Assembly (NCBI GenBank): GCA_013239625.1
Contig: MU056000.1
Span: forward strand, 11,359,175 to 11,423,174
Source: Lama guanicoe
Lineage: Eukaryota
Direction: 5' to 3'
Length of the DNA: 64,000 nucleotides
Below, one piece after another: positions 37,168 to 48,345 of this stretch (the stretch's first letter is position 1; each line of letters begins with the position of its first letter). Under the pieces are notes generated by a model, which was given only the letters and a program-made list of their open reading frames with translations, made no database searches and was not told the DNA's origin. The translations under genes were made by a program, and so were the position numbers.

Positions 37168-37414
37168 AAAGTACCTCTACTAATAGAAGAATATGTTTTG
37201 AAACATCCTTACATTGACCTCATTTTTCTAGGTAATGCTTTATACAATTCTCAGGAAATTTCTTTTTTGTCCATTTTCCTCAAATTTCCTACATATGTAT
37301 AGCACTAAGAAATGTGTGTATTCTATAAAAATGATATGATTCTAATAAGCTTTTGCTTCTGTTAAAAAAATATATTCTCCTCTTCTTGGAAGATGCTCAA
37401 TTTCAAATAAATTG

Positions 37415-37627
37415 CTCATTTTTATCTGCCCTTATTACTCTCCTTTTTACTTCATGACACTTTTCATGCACATATGTTTATGTGTTTATTGGCTTATTGT
37501 CTGTCTGTCTGTCTGTCTTTCTCAACTCAAATGAAAGTTCCCTAAGGTTAGGGATTTTGCCTCTTTTTTCCCTCTGCTGTATCCCTACCATATAGTAGGA
37601 ACTCAGAAAATACTTAAATGAATAAAA
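37415..37627 (+). mobile_element. L2a 3' end
   Basis: 'tattgtctgtct...aagttccctaaggttagggattttgcc...ctgctgtatccc...tagtaggaactcagaaaatacttaaatgaataaa'. Confidence 0.8.
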
Positions 37628-39669
37628 TCATACGACTCTTTCCTTTTATGTGGTTGATTGGTTATGACCAAATCAGTTACAAATATGATAAAGTCCCACA
37701 TCCTAAGAATGCAAAGAACAGCAGTTTTCAGGAGCCAGAGGAATATCCACAAGTTGCTTTCCCCAAATTCCTGTATCTAATGAACAGAATTTTAAAAGAG
37801 GATTGTAAAGCTCTCCAGAATTTCTCCGAATTCAGAACATTGCAAACTGCTGAATAATTGTCTTTTTTTGTCTAAGTTTTAAAATCTTAAAGTTAATTTA
37901 AATCTCAAGACGGTGTCATAGGAATAATCTTTAAAGAAGAATCTATGCACAGTGGCAGCAAAAATATATATATTTTCCAAAGATTAGGCTAAAAAATTTA
38001 GTAACTACTTCTCTGGAGAAATGCCATATGTTAAAAAAAATTTTTTTGTTTTAATTTAAAAACCTCTTCGTTTCTTTGATAGGTCAGTCTATCTTAGCCA
38101 GCACTGCCTACAGACACCACTCCCACCTACAGCAATTTGGACTGGAGGCGGGAGAGCCTGAGAAGGTGGAAAATTTGGATTTCTACTGTTTCAACAGGAG
38201 GAAAAAAGCAATTGCCAGTAGATGCTTTTAATTACATACAGATTGGCCTTTTATTTTTCTTTGGTCCTTTCCGTTCGGTGCCCAGGAAGGGGAAGCATTA
38301 CCTCTACTGCTTACATCAGAGGTCTGCTTTCACTTAGCTGCAGAGCGAGCAAGTCCTGCCGTCTTTCTAGAGCCTGCAAATCCACTGTGAGAGGAGTTGA
38401 AGTGGCTCCAAGTACGACAGAGACATTTATGGAGTCAGACCGGCCCCCCACCTGCCACAGTAACTCTGGGCATTGGTGGGGGCCATTCCCCTTGAGCAGA
38501 AGAGGAAAGCCAGGCAGGACGGCTGGACCATCTCTCCTTCATGCTGGCGGAGAGTTGGGGGCACAGTGGCCGTAGGATGGTGCTGAATGAGGAGGAAAGG
38601 GCAGGACTGGGGAAGGAGAATATTTTCTCCAGTTCCTCCGGGGTCCCCACCCTCCAGACAGCATCACCAGGTCCCAGGGGAAAATGCTGCAGGCATAGGA
38701 GCCACCAAACCCTAGGAAGGGGTGCCTACATCAGGGCACATGGGGAGATGGAGAGGGCCCAAGCAGGTGGGCCGCAGAAGGGGACCAGTGCTTGGCATCC
38801 ATTGGAGATCAAAGGCATTATTTTTATCAGAAGGAATAAATCGTAGTCACTCACAAAATTAGGCAAAACCTCCTCCTACTTTAGAAAAAAGACTTCAGAA
38901 GTAACAATGAGTCACAAATATAAGAAAGCCGAAATGGCTTGGGACTCTATAGGAAAAGGTCTTTTTCCTGCAGCCACCTCAGGATCCATCTGTTCCCTCC
39001 TTCCCTTGGGCTGGACACACTGACCTCCCGCTTAGACACTAGCATTCCTGCTGTGCTCCCAGACGCCAAGCCGACCAGCCGGCTGGACCACTTCCTATCT
39101 CCTCTTCTGGGCGTTTTGGTAGCTGATGGCGCTGACTTCCTCTGAATTCAATCTACTATGGGAAAATAAGTCATTCTGAGAAATGGGTTCTTTCAACTTA
39201 AGGGGACAAATTGGGGGATGATTTTCTTTTTGTTCTTGTATAGTGTGCCTGCCTGAAGTGGTGAATCGACTGAGAGCTTCTAATTGTTTTTTTCTGCACA
39301 CGCACCAGCCCAGTCCAACGTGAGATGCACACAGTAAGCTTCCATTTGTAGGGGACAGTTTAGAATCAATATTCTAATAAGATTTTGAGCATCTGGGTTA
39401 CAGGCCCACTTTCCCAACGAACTAGCCAACCCCCTGACCACTGGCCAGCCAAGTTGCAGACTCACTGAGACCCAGTTAACTCCTCTTGCCAACTAGGAAA
39501 ATTAGGACTAACCCACCAGGAGTAAAGAAATGAAAAAGCTCCTATTGCTAAATGAATATCCCTCAAATGGAAAAAAAAGTATAATTAAGAATACTCAAAT
39601 AACTAAGACACAGTAGAATGCAGCATTTCCTATTTAAAGTGGAGTAAATACTATTAGCTTGTTCCTTAT

Positions 39670-40088
39670 CTTCTTTGTAAATATAAAATCGAAGATTACT
39701 TATTGTAAAATTAAATGAAAGAATATAAATAGAAGTGAATGAAGTAGAAAGCCACAGCCCAGTGCCTTATCCAGTTCTCCAGATATACCCTCTCTGGTGT
39801 GTTACTGGATCTTGATTGCATCATGCTAGACAGTTTTCTATAAATATACAATTATTTAAATAGTCATACAACAAACTTTTTATCAAGCTTGGGATCACAA
39901 TTATGGATCTTATTCTTTAACTTGCTTTTCTGCTAATTGAAATAGTGGAGTCTTTTCTCTGTGCCCATGTCTTATAAATATCAGCCATCCACATCGAACT
40001 CACTTTTCTAATGTTTCAAGAGTATTCCATCAGTGTATTCAATTTGTTCAAAGTTGATGGACACAGATTGTTTTTGGTTTTCTATTAT
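39670..40088 (-). mobile_element. Old L1 (L1ME-like) 3' region
   Basis: 'ttctttaacttgcttttc', 'gagtattccat', 'gttgatggacacagattgttttt'. Confidence 0.65.
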
Positions 40089-40099
40089 ATGTTTGTTTT

Positions 40100-40180
40100 A
40101 CTACTATATATAAAATAAACAAGAAATCTCTTCTGTATAGCACAGGGAACTATATTTAATATCTTGCAATAGCCTATAAT
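40100..40180 (+). mobile_element. Tailless internal 3'UTR fragment of a lineage-specific L1
   Basis: 'actactatatataaaataaacaag...ctgtatagcacagggaactatatttaatatcttg' matches 23056-23125. Confidence 0.85.
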
Positions 40181-40631
40181 ACATTTGCTTTAAAACCTTC
40201 TACATGAGTAGAAAGAAGGGAGAAAAGGAGAAAAAGTTCAAAAAATAGAAGAGAGGAAGAAAAATAGTCACAACACCTAAAAACAGAGAAAGGATTTTGT
40301 TCTCTAAAACAGAAATAGCTCTTATAAGTCAGCATGAAAAAAAATCCAATTTAAAAAGAAAGCAAAGCAAAGGATATGAAAAAGTAATTCACAAAAGATG
40401 TGTAAGCACATGAAATTATACTCAAGTCCTTCTCCAAAGAAATAGAAGTTGAAACTACAATACAAAATTTTTCTTTTACCAGATTGGAAAAAAGTTAAAG
40501 GACTTATTATCTTGAATGTTGATTAAAATCAACAGCAGGTTGATACACTGCTAATGGACTTGTAATTGTTCCAGCCTCTTTGCAGAACAATTTGACAGAA
40601 TGGATCCAAATTTTTAAAGTGAATATTCTTT

Positions 40632-41120
40632 TTTAAATTAAAAAAAATATATATTTATTTTTATTTTTTGATGTTTTGTGAATTAGAACTGTATTAATTT
40701 TTTATTGAATGATTCTTTAAATTCTGTAGTGCTTTACAATTTTCAAAAGTTTTACACTCATGATTTCATATAATCCCATAATAACCCTTTTTCCCCCCTA
40801 CCCCTGTATTGCCCCTCCTTCCTTCCTTCTCCCCCACTGGTAACCACAAGTTCATTCTCTAAATCTTTGAGTCAGCTTCTTTTTTGTTTTATTCACTAGT
40901 TTGCTGTATTTTTTAGATTCTACATATAAGTGATATTATACAGTATTTTGCCTTTCTTTGGCTTATTTCAGTTAGCAGAATACCCTCCAAGTCCATCCAT
41001 GTTGTTGCAGATGGTAGGACTTCTTTTTATGACTGAATAGTATTCCATTCTGTATATATCTCCTATCTTCTTTATCCATTTGTCTGTTGATGGACACTTA
41101 GGTTGCTTCCATACCTTGAC
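40632..41120 (-). mobile_element. Intermediate-age (cetartiodactyl-type) L1 3' end with TSD
   Basis: 'ccactggtaaccac', 'ttttagattctacatataagtgat', 'ccatccatgttgttgca'; TSD aaagtgaatattcttt (40616-40631) / aaggtaaatattcttt (41121-41136). Confidence 0.85.
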
Positions 41121-41143
41121 AAGGTAAATATTCTTTAGCCCAG

Positions 41144-41772
41144 GGCACTAGGCAGAATTCTAAGATGGTCTGCAAGATCCCTGTGTCTGTGTACAAGCTC
41201 TGCTTGTCTCCCTCCCTTGGGTGCCAGCAGGACCTGTGTACACAGTGGGAGTTCACTCTCTTGATTAGGCTGCAGTATATAGTAAAGATGAAGGGATTGT
41301 GTAATTAAGACCTTAAGTCAGTTATTCTTGATTTAACCAAAGGGAGATCATCCTACTTGTGCCTGACCTAATTAGGCGAAAGCCCTTAAAGAAAAGACTG
41401 GCTTCTTCCCCAAGAAAGGGATTCTCCTTCTGGCCTTGAAGTAAATTATCATATTGTAAGGGGGCCACATGGCAAGGAACTGCAGGTGACCTATAGGAGC
41501 TGAGAACAGCACCCAGTGAACAGCCAGCAAGAGAACAAATTTTACCACCACAAGGAACTGAATTCTTCCAACTACCATGTCAGCTTGGAAGAGGACCCTG
41601 AGCTCCAGAAAGGACACAGTTCAGCAAACACCTTGATTGCAGCCTTGGAAGACCCTGAGCAGAGGACCCAACCAAAACTCCTGAACCACCAGAACTATAA
41701 AATCATGCATGGTGTTGCTTACAGCCACCAGGTTTGTGATTACTTGTTACACAGCAATAGGTGACTAGTACA
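41144..41772 (+). mobile_element. MLT1E-type MaLR solo LTR
   Basis: 'taggcagaattctaagatgg...ggggccacatggcaaggaactgcagg...caaggaactgaattct...ttgttacacagcaataggtgactagtaca'. Confidence 0.9.
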
Positions 41773-42811
41773 GCAATTGTGCTTCTAGAAATGTATCTGA
41801 CAAAAATTCTCTGGTGAGTCTACAGTGTTGCATGTAAAGTTACAGTCCTTGAATTATTTGGAATAGTTTAATCTTTCACTGATAATTTAGAAGGATTTCC
41901 AGCTCCTTACGTCATCTGGGCTACCTCAGTTAGTTAATGTTTTCCATTCTTAAAGGAAACTCAATATGGCAGGCACAACACTCTGAAACTGGGATGGTTG
42001 TGTGTATGTGTGTGCACAGATGCATGTTTCATGGAATTATTTAACCAAGAGTGAACTCTAAGTCAAAAATAAAGCTTTCTAAGGCAACTGCAGGATTCCA
42101 TTGTGGCTGAGAGCCCAAAATTTGTTTCATGACAAAGGGGTCCCTATCTCTTCTCCAGAAACCCTAGGGGTTTTGTTGTTATTTCAAACTGTATTTTTCA
42201 GGAGCACTGAATCCTTGGCTATTCAAGAGGAAACAAAAGCTAGGGGTTAATGTTTTCAAATTCTGTTGCCTGGAATTATTTTCTCTTCTGGAAAAGTAAA
42301 TCCAAAATGACTGTTGCCAAGATTGAATATGTTTTGGGGACTATTCCTAAAACTGAATGTATAAATTATTGCTCCAGTAAGGTGCAGTTTGATGAACTCC
42401 ACTGATGTATGGTTTATGCAAGCAATTCTTCTGTGTATTAAAAACCCTTTATAGCTTTGACCAACTCCTACATCTTATCCTTTGATTTGTGATTTGTAAA
42501 AAGCCACCTATATATAAAGTGAATGCAGTGTGTGATTCCTTTCTTGACCTGCCTATTAAAATTTAGCATCAATTTTTCTTCTTTTCATTGTATCTGAAAG
42601 AGACATTGTAGTTAAGTTTCGTAAACATTTGGTGAATAAGCGGATAGATGAATGAATGAATTAGAACAAATCACTTACTAATTCAAAATGCAAAATTTTT
42701 CCATGTTAATTTTGTTTTTAATCTCTTGAAATGAGACTATTAATATTATTAGGACAGAGTGTCTGAATTCTATTTACCTATAAAAACTTAAAGTTCATTA
42801 AAATCTTTCTG

Positions 42812-43032
42812 CTTGTGCCTTACCTGTTCTCAGAACTTAGTAGGTATTAGCTCATTCAGTTCTCTTATGAATGAAGTACTCTTATTGTCTCCATTATACA
42901 GGTGAGAAAACTGAGATATGAACTGATTAGTCATCTTGCCTGATACGCTAGGTAGGTAGAAGTGGAGTGAGGATTTGAACCCTAGCAGTCTGGTCCTGGG
43001 ACCTGCTTTCTTAAGCATCAGCAGTTCTGCCT
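42812..43032 (-). mobile_element. MIR SINE
   Basis: 'ccattatacaggtgagaaaactgag...ggatttgaaccctagcagtctgg'. Confidence 0.8.
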
Positions 43033-43138
43033 GTAGACATCAGAGCTTAGATATCCTAGATATTCACGTACTGTGATATCATGGAAAAGTGTCATCACCA
43101 ACAAAAACTGTTATACAATAATATATATGTAAAGGAAC

Positions 43139-43343
43139 ATATATATATATATATATATGTATCATCAGTTGACAATGTTGTGTCAATTTCTGGTATACAG
43201 CCTAATGCTTCAGTCATACATGAACATACATATATTCATTTTCATATTCTTTTTCACCATAAGTTACTATAAGATATTGAATATAATTCCCTGTGCTATA
43301 CAGTATGAACCTGTTGTTTATCTATTTTACATATATTAGTATT
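43139..43343 (-). mobile_element. Lineage-specific L1 3' end with (AT)n in place of the tail
   Basis: 'caatgttgtgtcaatttctggtatacagc...tccctgtgctatacag'. Confidence 0.9.
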
Positions 43344-46219
43344 TAATTCAATGAGTAATGATTCTTTTTAACATAGGAAAACTTTACATAAATGTTGAGG
43401 GGTAGTGAGAATGGTTGTAGAAAGAGGTTAAAGCAATTGGGCAATGATAAGAAACTAGCTGGAATCTTCGAATTAACAAATTCAAGGGAGATGCACAAAT
43501 GTGATTCCAGGTTGAAAAGAAATTATACCATATTCTTCCCCAGTTGGGCTCTAAGTGTGAAGTCCATGTTTTAGGTTCTTTTGTATCTTTTCTTGCAGAG
43601 TAGCTTCTATCTGATGGTTTCTTTGTATTACCTTCCGTAGAGAAAGGGACATATCTTTGAAAGGGCCCCTAATCAGGCACATCAGCCCTGGATTTTTGAA
43701 GGATCACAGAGAAACCACTTTCAAAGCCAAATAAGCTGTTATCCCCTCCACGTCATCTCCAAGATGACAGAGGTAGAAGGACCTCTTAAAAAGCAGACAT
43801 CTATTATAATTATTGATATGACCATTCAGAATTATAACTTTTTCTTAGAATTTATGTGCTAGGAATTGTAGCAAGTGCTTTCAAGCATTATCTCACTTAA
43901 TTCTCACACCTTTCTCTCCCCTATCAACTGGGGATTGCAGCCAGCTCATTTCCATGATCATCAGGGTTCAGATATCCTAGTTACAACCTAAAATCTACAT
44001 GTGGCCATTTGCTCCTTACCTGTTCCTGCCGTTTCTCCTCCAGGGCTCTGGAAAAGAAAGATACGGATTTCCCACCTAATAAGCTATGCTTTTGAGTTTT
44101 ATTTTCCCTGAGTCCTTTTGTAGAAAATCCTGGAGCGGTAGGTCAATGCTGGATCTTCCCTTTGAATGTCTTGTGAGCCCTGCTCACCTTTTCCTTGGGT
44201 ACAATTTAATTCTGTCCCAAACACATTGGATGCTTAACTTCTCTGTTCCTGTAGCTACTCTGCCTCTTTCCAAAAGGGCTCGACTAGAGTGCTGTATCTT
44301 TTTCGTTTTAAAAACGTGGCTCTGAAACACAGCCTTTCTTGATATAGAGCATTGCATTGGAGCTATTATGTGTGTAATCAGCAAGGACACACATGCCCGG
44401 CCACTTCCTGAAGAACATGTTGCCAAGCCAGTTCACAGTCTCTCCTTTTCTTGGCATTCCCTTGTCTATTTGGAGAGTCTTACCACCGTCTAGAGAATTT
44501 TTTGTCCATCAAGTACGTTCTGTTTGAAAATAATGCATAAATGGCCTCTTTTCCTGTTTCAGTCCACATGCAAAATGGAGTCTGAGTTGAAAGCAGACTT
44601 TGTCTTAGACTCACACAATAGCCTGTGCTTGGGTCACTGTTGCACCTGAGCTTAGGAAAACAGCCTTTTGGGAACTTGACTCTTTCTCTGTCCTCCAAGA
44701 GGCTAAAACTCATTTTATCAGCAACAGAACCTATTTGAATTGATGAAGTAATGGATCTTTCCAATAATTTCATACATGCTCTGCATCATAAGGACACTTC
44801 CCCCCACCCCTTACACCTGAGAGTGAGAGTCTTAGTCGCAATGAGTCTCTTAGTGTACGATAATTTTTAAGGCTAAATCTAAATGAATGGAATAAATATT
44901 ATTTACCATGTCTCTTGACTGACAGTTTCAATTCCTTCTCAACTTTTTCTAATAAGAAGTTAATGTAGTTTGGGGGAGCTAAGCTTATCTAAGGGTAAAT
45001 GTGAACTTGTATATTGTTATAGTCATGGAAATAAATAGCTAAATGGGGGGAAATGAGTCTATAAACTACAGTAAATGTATAAATAATCTCAGAAGCCAGA
45101 GATTTTTCCTGTATACAGCTCTCTAAGATCTTCCTTCTAAGGCAGGTTCTTGATTCACGAAAAGACATATAACCTGTCCACTTTTTACTAGTGAAGGATA
45201 TGCTTAAAATTTACTAAAGCGATATCTAGGACACAAACCACTAAGCACAAACAACCCATCCTCTCTGCTCTGTATGCCCTGTCGGTTTCATCAAGGTCAA
45301 AGCTGGCTCGGTCTTTGAGTGGGTAGGGAGATGACATCATGGTGAAAAGTCCCATCAGTCCATGCTAGGTTGTAGCTCTCTTAGCACTGTTCTTGCAGAC
45401 TTTGGAGTATCTCTCTGATATTGGATTGGTTACAGTGGAAACAGAAAGAGTCTAATCATACAAAATAAAGATTTCCATTTGTGAGCTCAACTATTGGATC
45501 TGTCATCTTTCATCAGTAGAAAAATGGAGGAAATCAAATACTTTGTTTTGTTTTAACCACCCAGAGAAGGAAGAGAGTAGTGTGTGGGAAATCAATATAT
45601 CTTACTTAGTCCAACTACTCCTCCCTCTGGGGTGTGTAAATGATCGGGGGCAAGCAAATTACTTTTCCATTATATTTGGCACAAAACTACCCTGGTGAGT
45701 GAGGAGAAAGGGAATCATTCGATAAGATTTGGAAAATACCATCTGTTTTTCTTAGTATTTCTGGATGGATTTATCAGGCATCCTGTAATTTACACTTTCT
45801 GTTGAAAACTATAATTGAATACCTCGCATGGATGTGAAGCCTTCGGCTATTTGTCAGAAGCTATATGAGGACTGTGCCATTTAAGGGGGTTGTGTTTACA
45901 GTCAAGGGTAGAATCTGAAATGTTCAATTGTTTCCTCCCTGGAAAAAAATATCTGTCTCTGCCTACATAGAGTGCTTCCTTGCTGTGTGAACTTGGAACT
46001 AGATGTTGATGTTTAGACACTTCCAATTCTAGGATTCTATGGCTTTGAGATTTTCTTGTTCTCACAAGTTCAGTCTAGCTATGATGTATATCACACTTAC
46101 TAGATGCCAGGCAGTATGTGAGAGGTGAGGGCTGTACAATAACAGAGACGTCTTGTCCTGAAAAAATAAATAAATAAACAAACCAGGATATCAAGGGTGA
46201 AAGGCAAGTACAGGTAATC

Positions 46220-46430
46220 ACTATTAATAGCTCACACTCATTGAGGATTTGCTGTTGTAAGCTGTAGATATACTGGCCTATTGAATCCTCATCTCTCGAG
46301 GTAGATTTGTAATAGTATGTCCATTGTACAAATGAGGAAGCTGACCCTGCTGGCAAACAAAGGAGCCCGGATTTGAGCAGAGGTACACTGACTCCTGAGC
46401 TTGTGTTCAGAAACACTAGGCTGTGATAAA
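46220..46430 (-). mobile_element. MIR within an L2 region
   Basis: 'attgaatcctca...ccattgtacaaatgaggaagctga...ggatttgagcagaggtacactgactcc'. Confidence 0.7.
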
Positions 46431-47065
46431 ACATGGTGAATGCAGTGTTTAACCATGTAACCACTGAGTACCATGGATCACAGAGGAGGGGCATCTGACC
46501 TAGCACATGGCGGGCTGGGGAGGTAGGACTCAAGATGAAGTCTCTGGCTGTGCCTCTGTCTTTTCAAAGGGGTGCTGTCTTGAACAGAGGTTTAAAGAAT
46601 GAGAAAGGAGTTGCTAGTTGAAGGAAGAAACATGAGGAGCCTCCAAAGAGAGGGCACAACTCAGCAAATGCCCTGAATTGATAAGTGGTACTTTGGGTGA
46701 TGGGAATGGTGGGGAGAGGTGGCAGAAGAGCATCTATTCCTAGGATCTGAGCGACTAAACTCAATCCTGGCCAATCAGGATGGCGATAGAGACATTTCAC
46801 ATGGGGTATCTGGGAGGAGGCCTCATGGAGGAACATATCACTGCCTTTCTACAGTTTAAGCCTTTCCTGCCCTGAGCTTCCAGGTGAAGTGATGCTCAGT
46901 TATACTGATGCTCTGACTTGAGAGTAAAGTCTTTCAGAGTCCTGGGTTGTTAGGTAGGGCAGGAAGGGGCAGGGCATGAAGTTAAGAGTATGGGAAGGAG
47001 TGTGATCACAAGGACTTTATGTTTATGATCAGGACCTGAAATTTCCCCTACATGGATGGTTTTTA
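46430..47065 (-). mobile_element. L2 fragment(s)
   Basis: 'catggatcacagaggaggggcatctgacctagc', 'tgatcacaaggactttatgtttatgatcaggacctgaaattt'. Confidence 0.55.
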
Positions 47066-47588
47066 AAAAAAAATCAATGCAGCACCTGTCTGGAGCTTGA
47101 ATTTGTCAGAGACACAACTCTAAATTTCACATCTATTACATTGGCTATCTTCTTGAATGGCATATGGATATTTGATCCTTTCGACTCTTAATGAACAGTG
47201 ACAGAGATATAACAGATTGTTTTCATCAACATTTAAAAAGTTTCTGTCTGCCAAGCCATGGACCAAAATATTCAATAGAATGAAGTGAACCACTTGGGAG
47301 TTTCCTTACTCTGATTTCATCTTTCTGCCTTTAGAGAGAAATGGTTCTGGCACCAGAAAATGAAGCAGAAATAAGAGAGAGGGGCAAAGGAGCTGCAAAA
47401 TCCACAGAGTAAATAACCATCTGGTAACAATTTATGTGACAAATATTTAAAGAGGGCCTAGGCACGCTAGGCTCATGTGGACATTCAACGCTAACAAGTG
47501 TTTGTCCTCAAAAATGTGTATGCTTAATAGCTGACTATAATTAATAGGTCAGCTTACACATGAAAGAATCAAATTCCAAAAACATTTT

Positions 47589-48345
47589 CCTTACTATTTT
47601 TAACACCTTTATTATGGTATGATTCTTGTACAGTGAACTATACATTTTTCAGATGTACGATTTGATGAATTTTGATAGATGTATACACCCATGAAACCAC
47701 CACCACAATCAAGATAGCTAACATTTTCATCACTCACTAAGAGATACAAACTTTGAATTCCCAATTTATCCCTTCCCACCCACTTTACCCACTGCTAACC
47801 ATAAGTTTGTTCTCTATGTCTATGAGTCTGTTTCTGTTTTGTAGATAAGTTCATTTGTGTCCTATTTTTTTAAGTTACACATGTAAAGGATATCACATGG
47901 GATTTTTCTTTCTCTTTCTGATGACTTCACTTAGAATGACAATCTCCAGGTCCATCCATGTTGCTGCAAATGGCATTACTTTATTCTTTTTTTATGGCTG
48001 TGTAATATTCCATTGTATAAATACACCATAGCTTCTTTATCCAGTCATCTGTCGATGGACATTTAGGTTGTTTCCATGTCTTGGCTACTGTAAATAGTGC
48101 TGCTGTGAATACTGGGGTTCTTTTCTAATTATATTTTCCTCCAGATATATGCCCAGGAGTAGGATTGCCTCACATCAGTCAGAATGGCCATCATTAAAAA
48201 GTCCACAAACCATAAATGCTGGAGAGGGTGTGGAGAAAAAGGAACCCTCCTACACTGTTTGTGGGAATATAAATTGGTGCAGCCACTGTGGGGGACAGTA
48301 TGGAGGTTCCTCAAAAAACTAAAACTAGACTTACTATATGATCCA
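47589..48345 (-). mobile_element. Chimeric, 5'-inverted L1 insertion: old L1M 3' end + young L1 + inverted ORF2 piece
   Basis: 47589-47740 old L1MB/MC-like end; 47745-48168 young L1 antisense; 48168-48345 sense ORF2 ([25 protein letters not shown]...); flanked by tccaaaaacatttt / tccaaaaacatctt. Confidence 0.85.

Larger units (their letters stand above)
40300..41810 (+). mobile_element. Old L1ME-type ORF2 fragment split by two later insertions
   Basis: 'gcaaaggatatgaaaaagtaattcacaaaaga...aaactacaat...aacaatttgacagaat'; resumes after the inserts with 'agcccag' and 'caattgtgcttctagaaatgtatc'. Confidence 0.7.

Noticed and set aside
40725..40790. MIR fragment inside the L1
   Set aside because: The resemblance is superficial. 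It lies between the L1 body and its polyA signal within the TSD and fits an L1 3'UTR.
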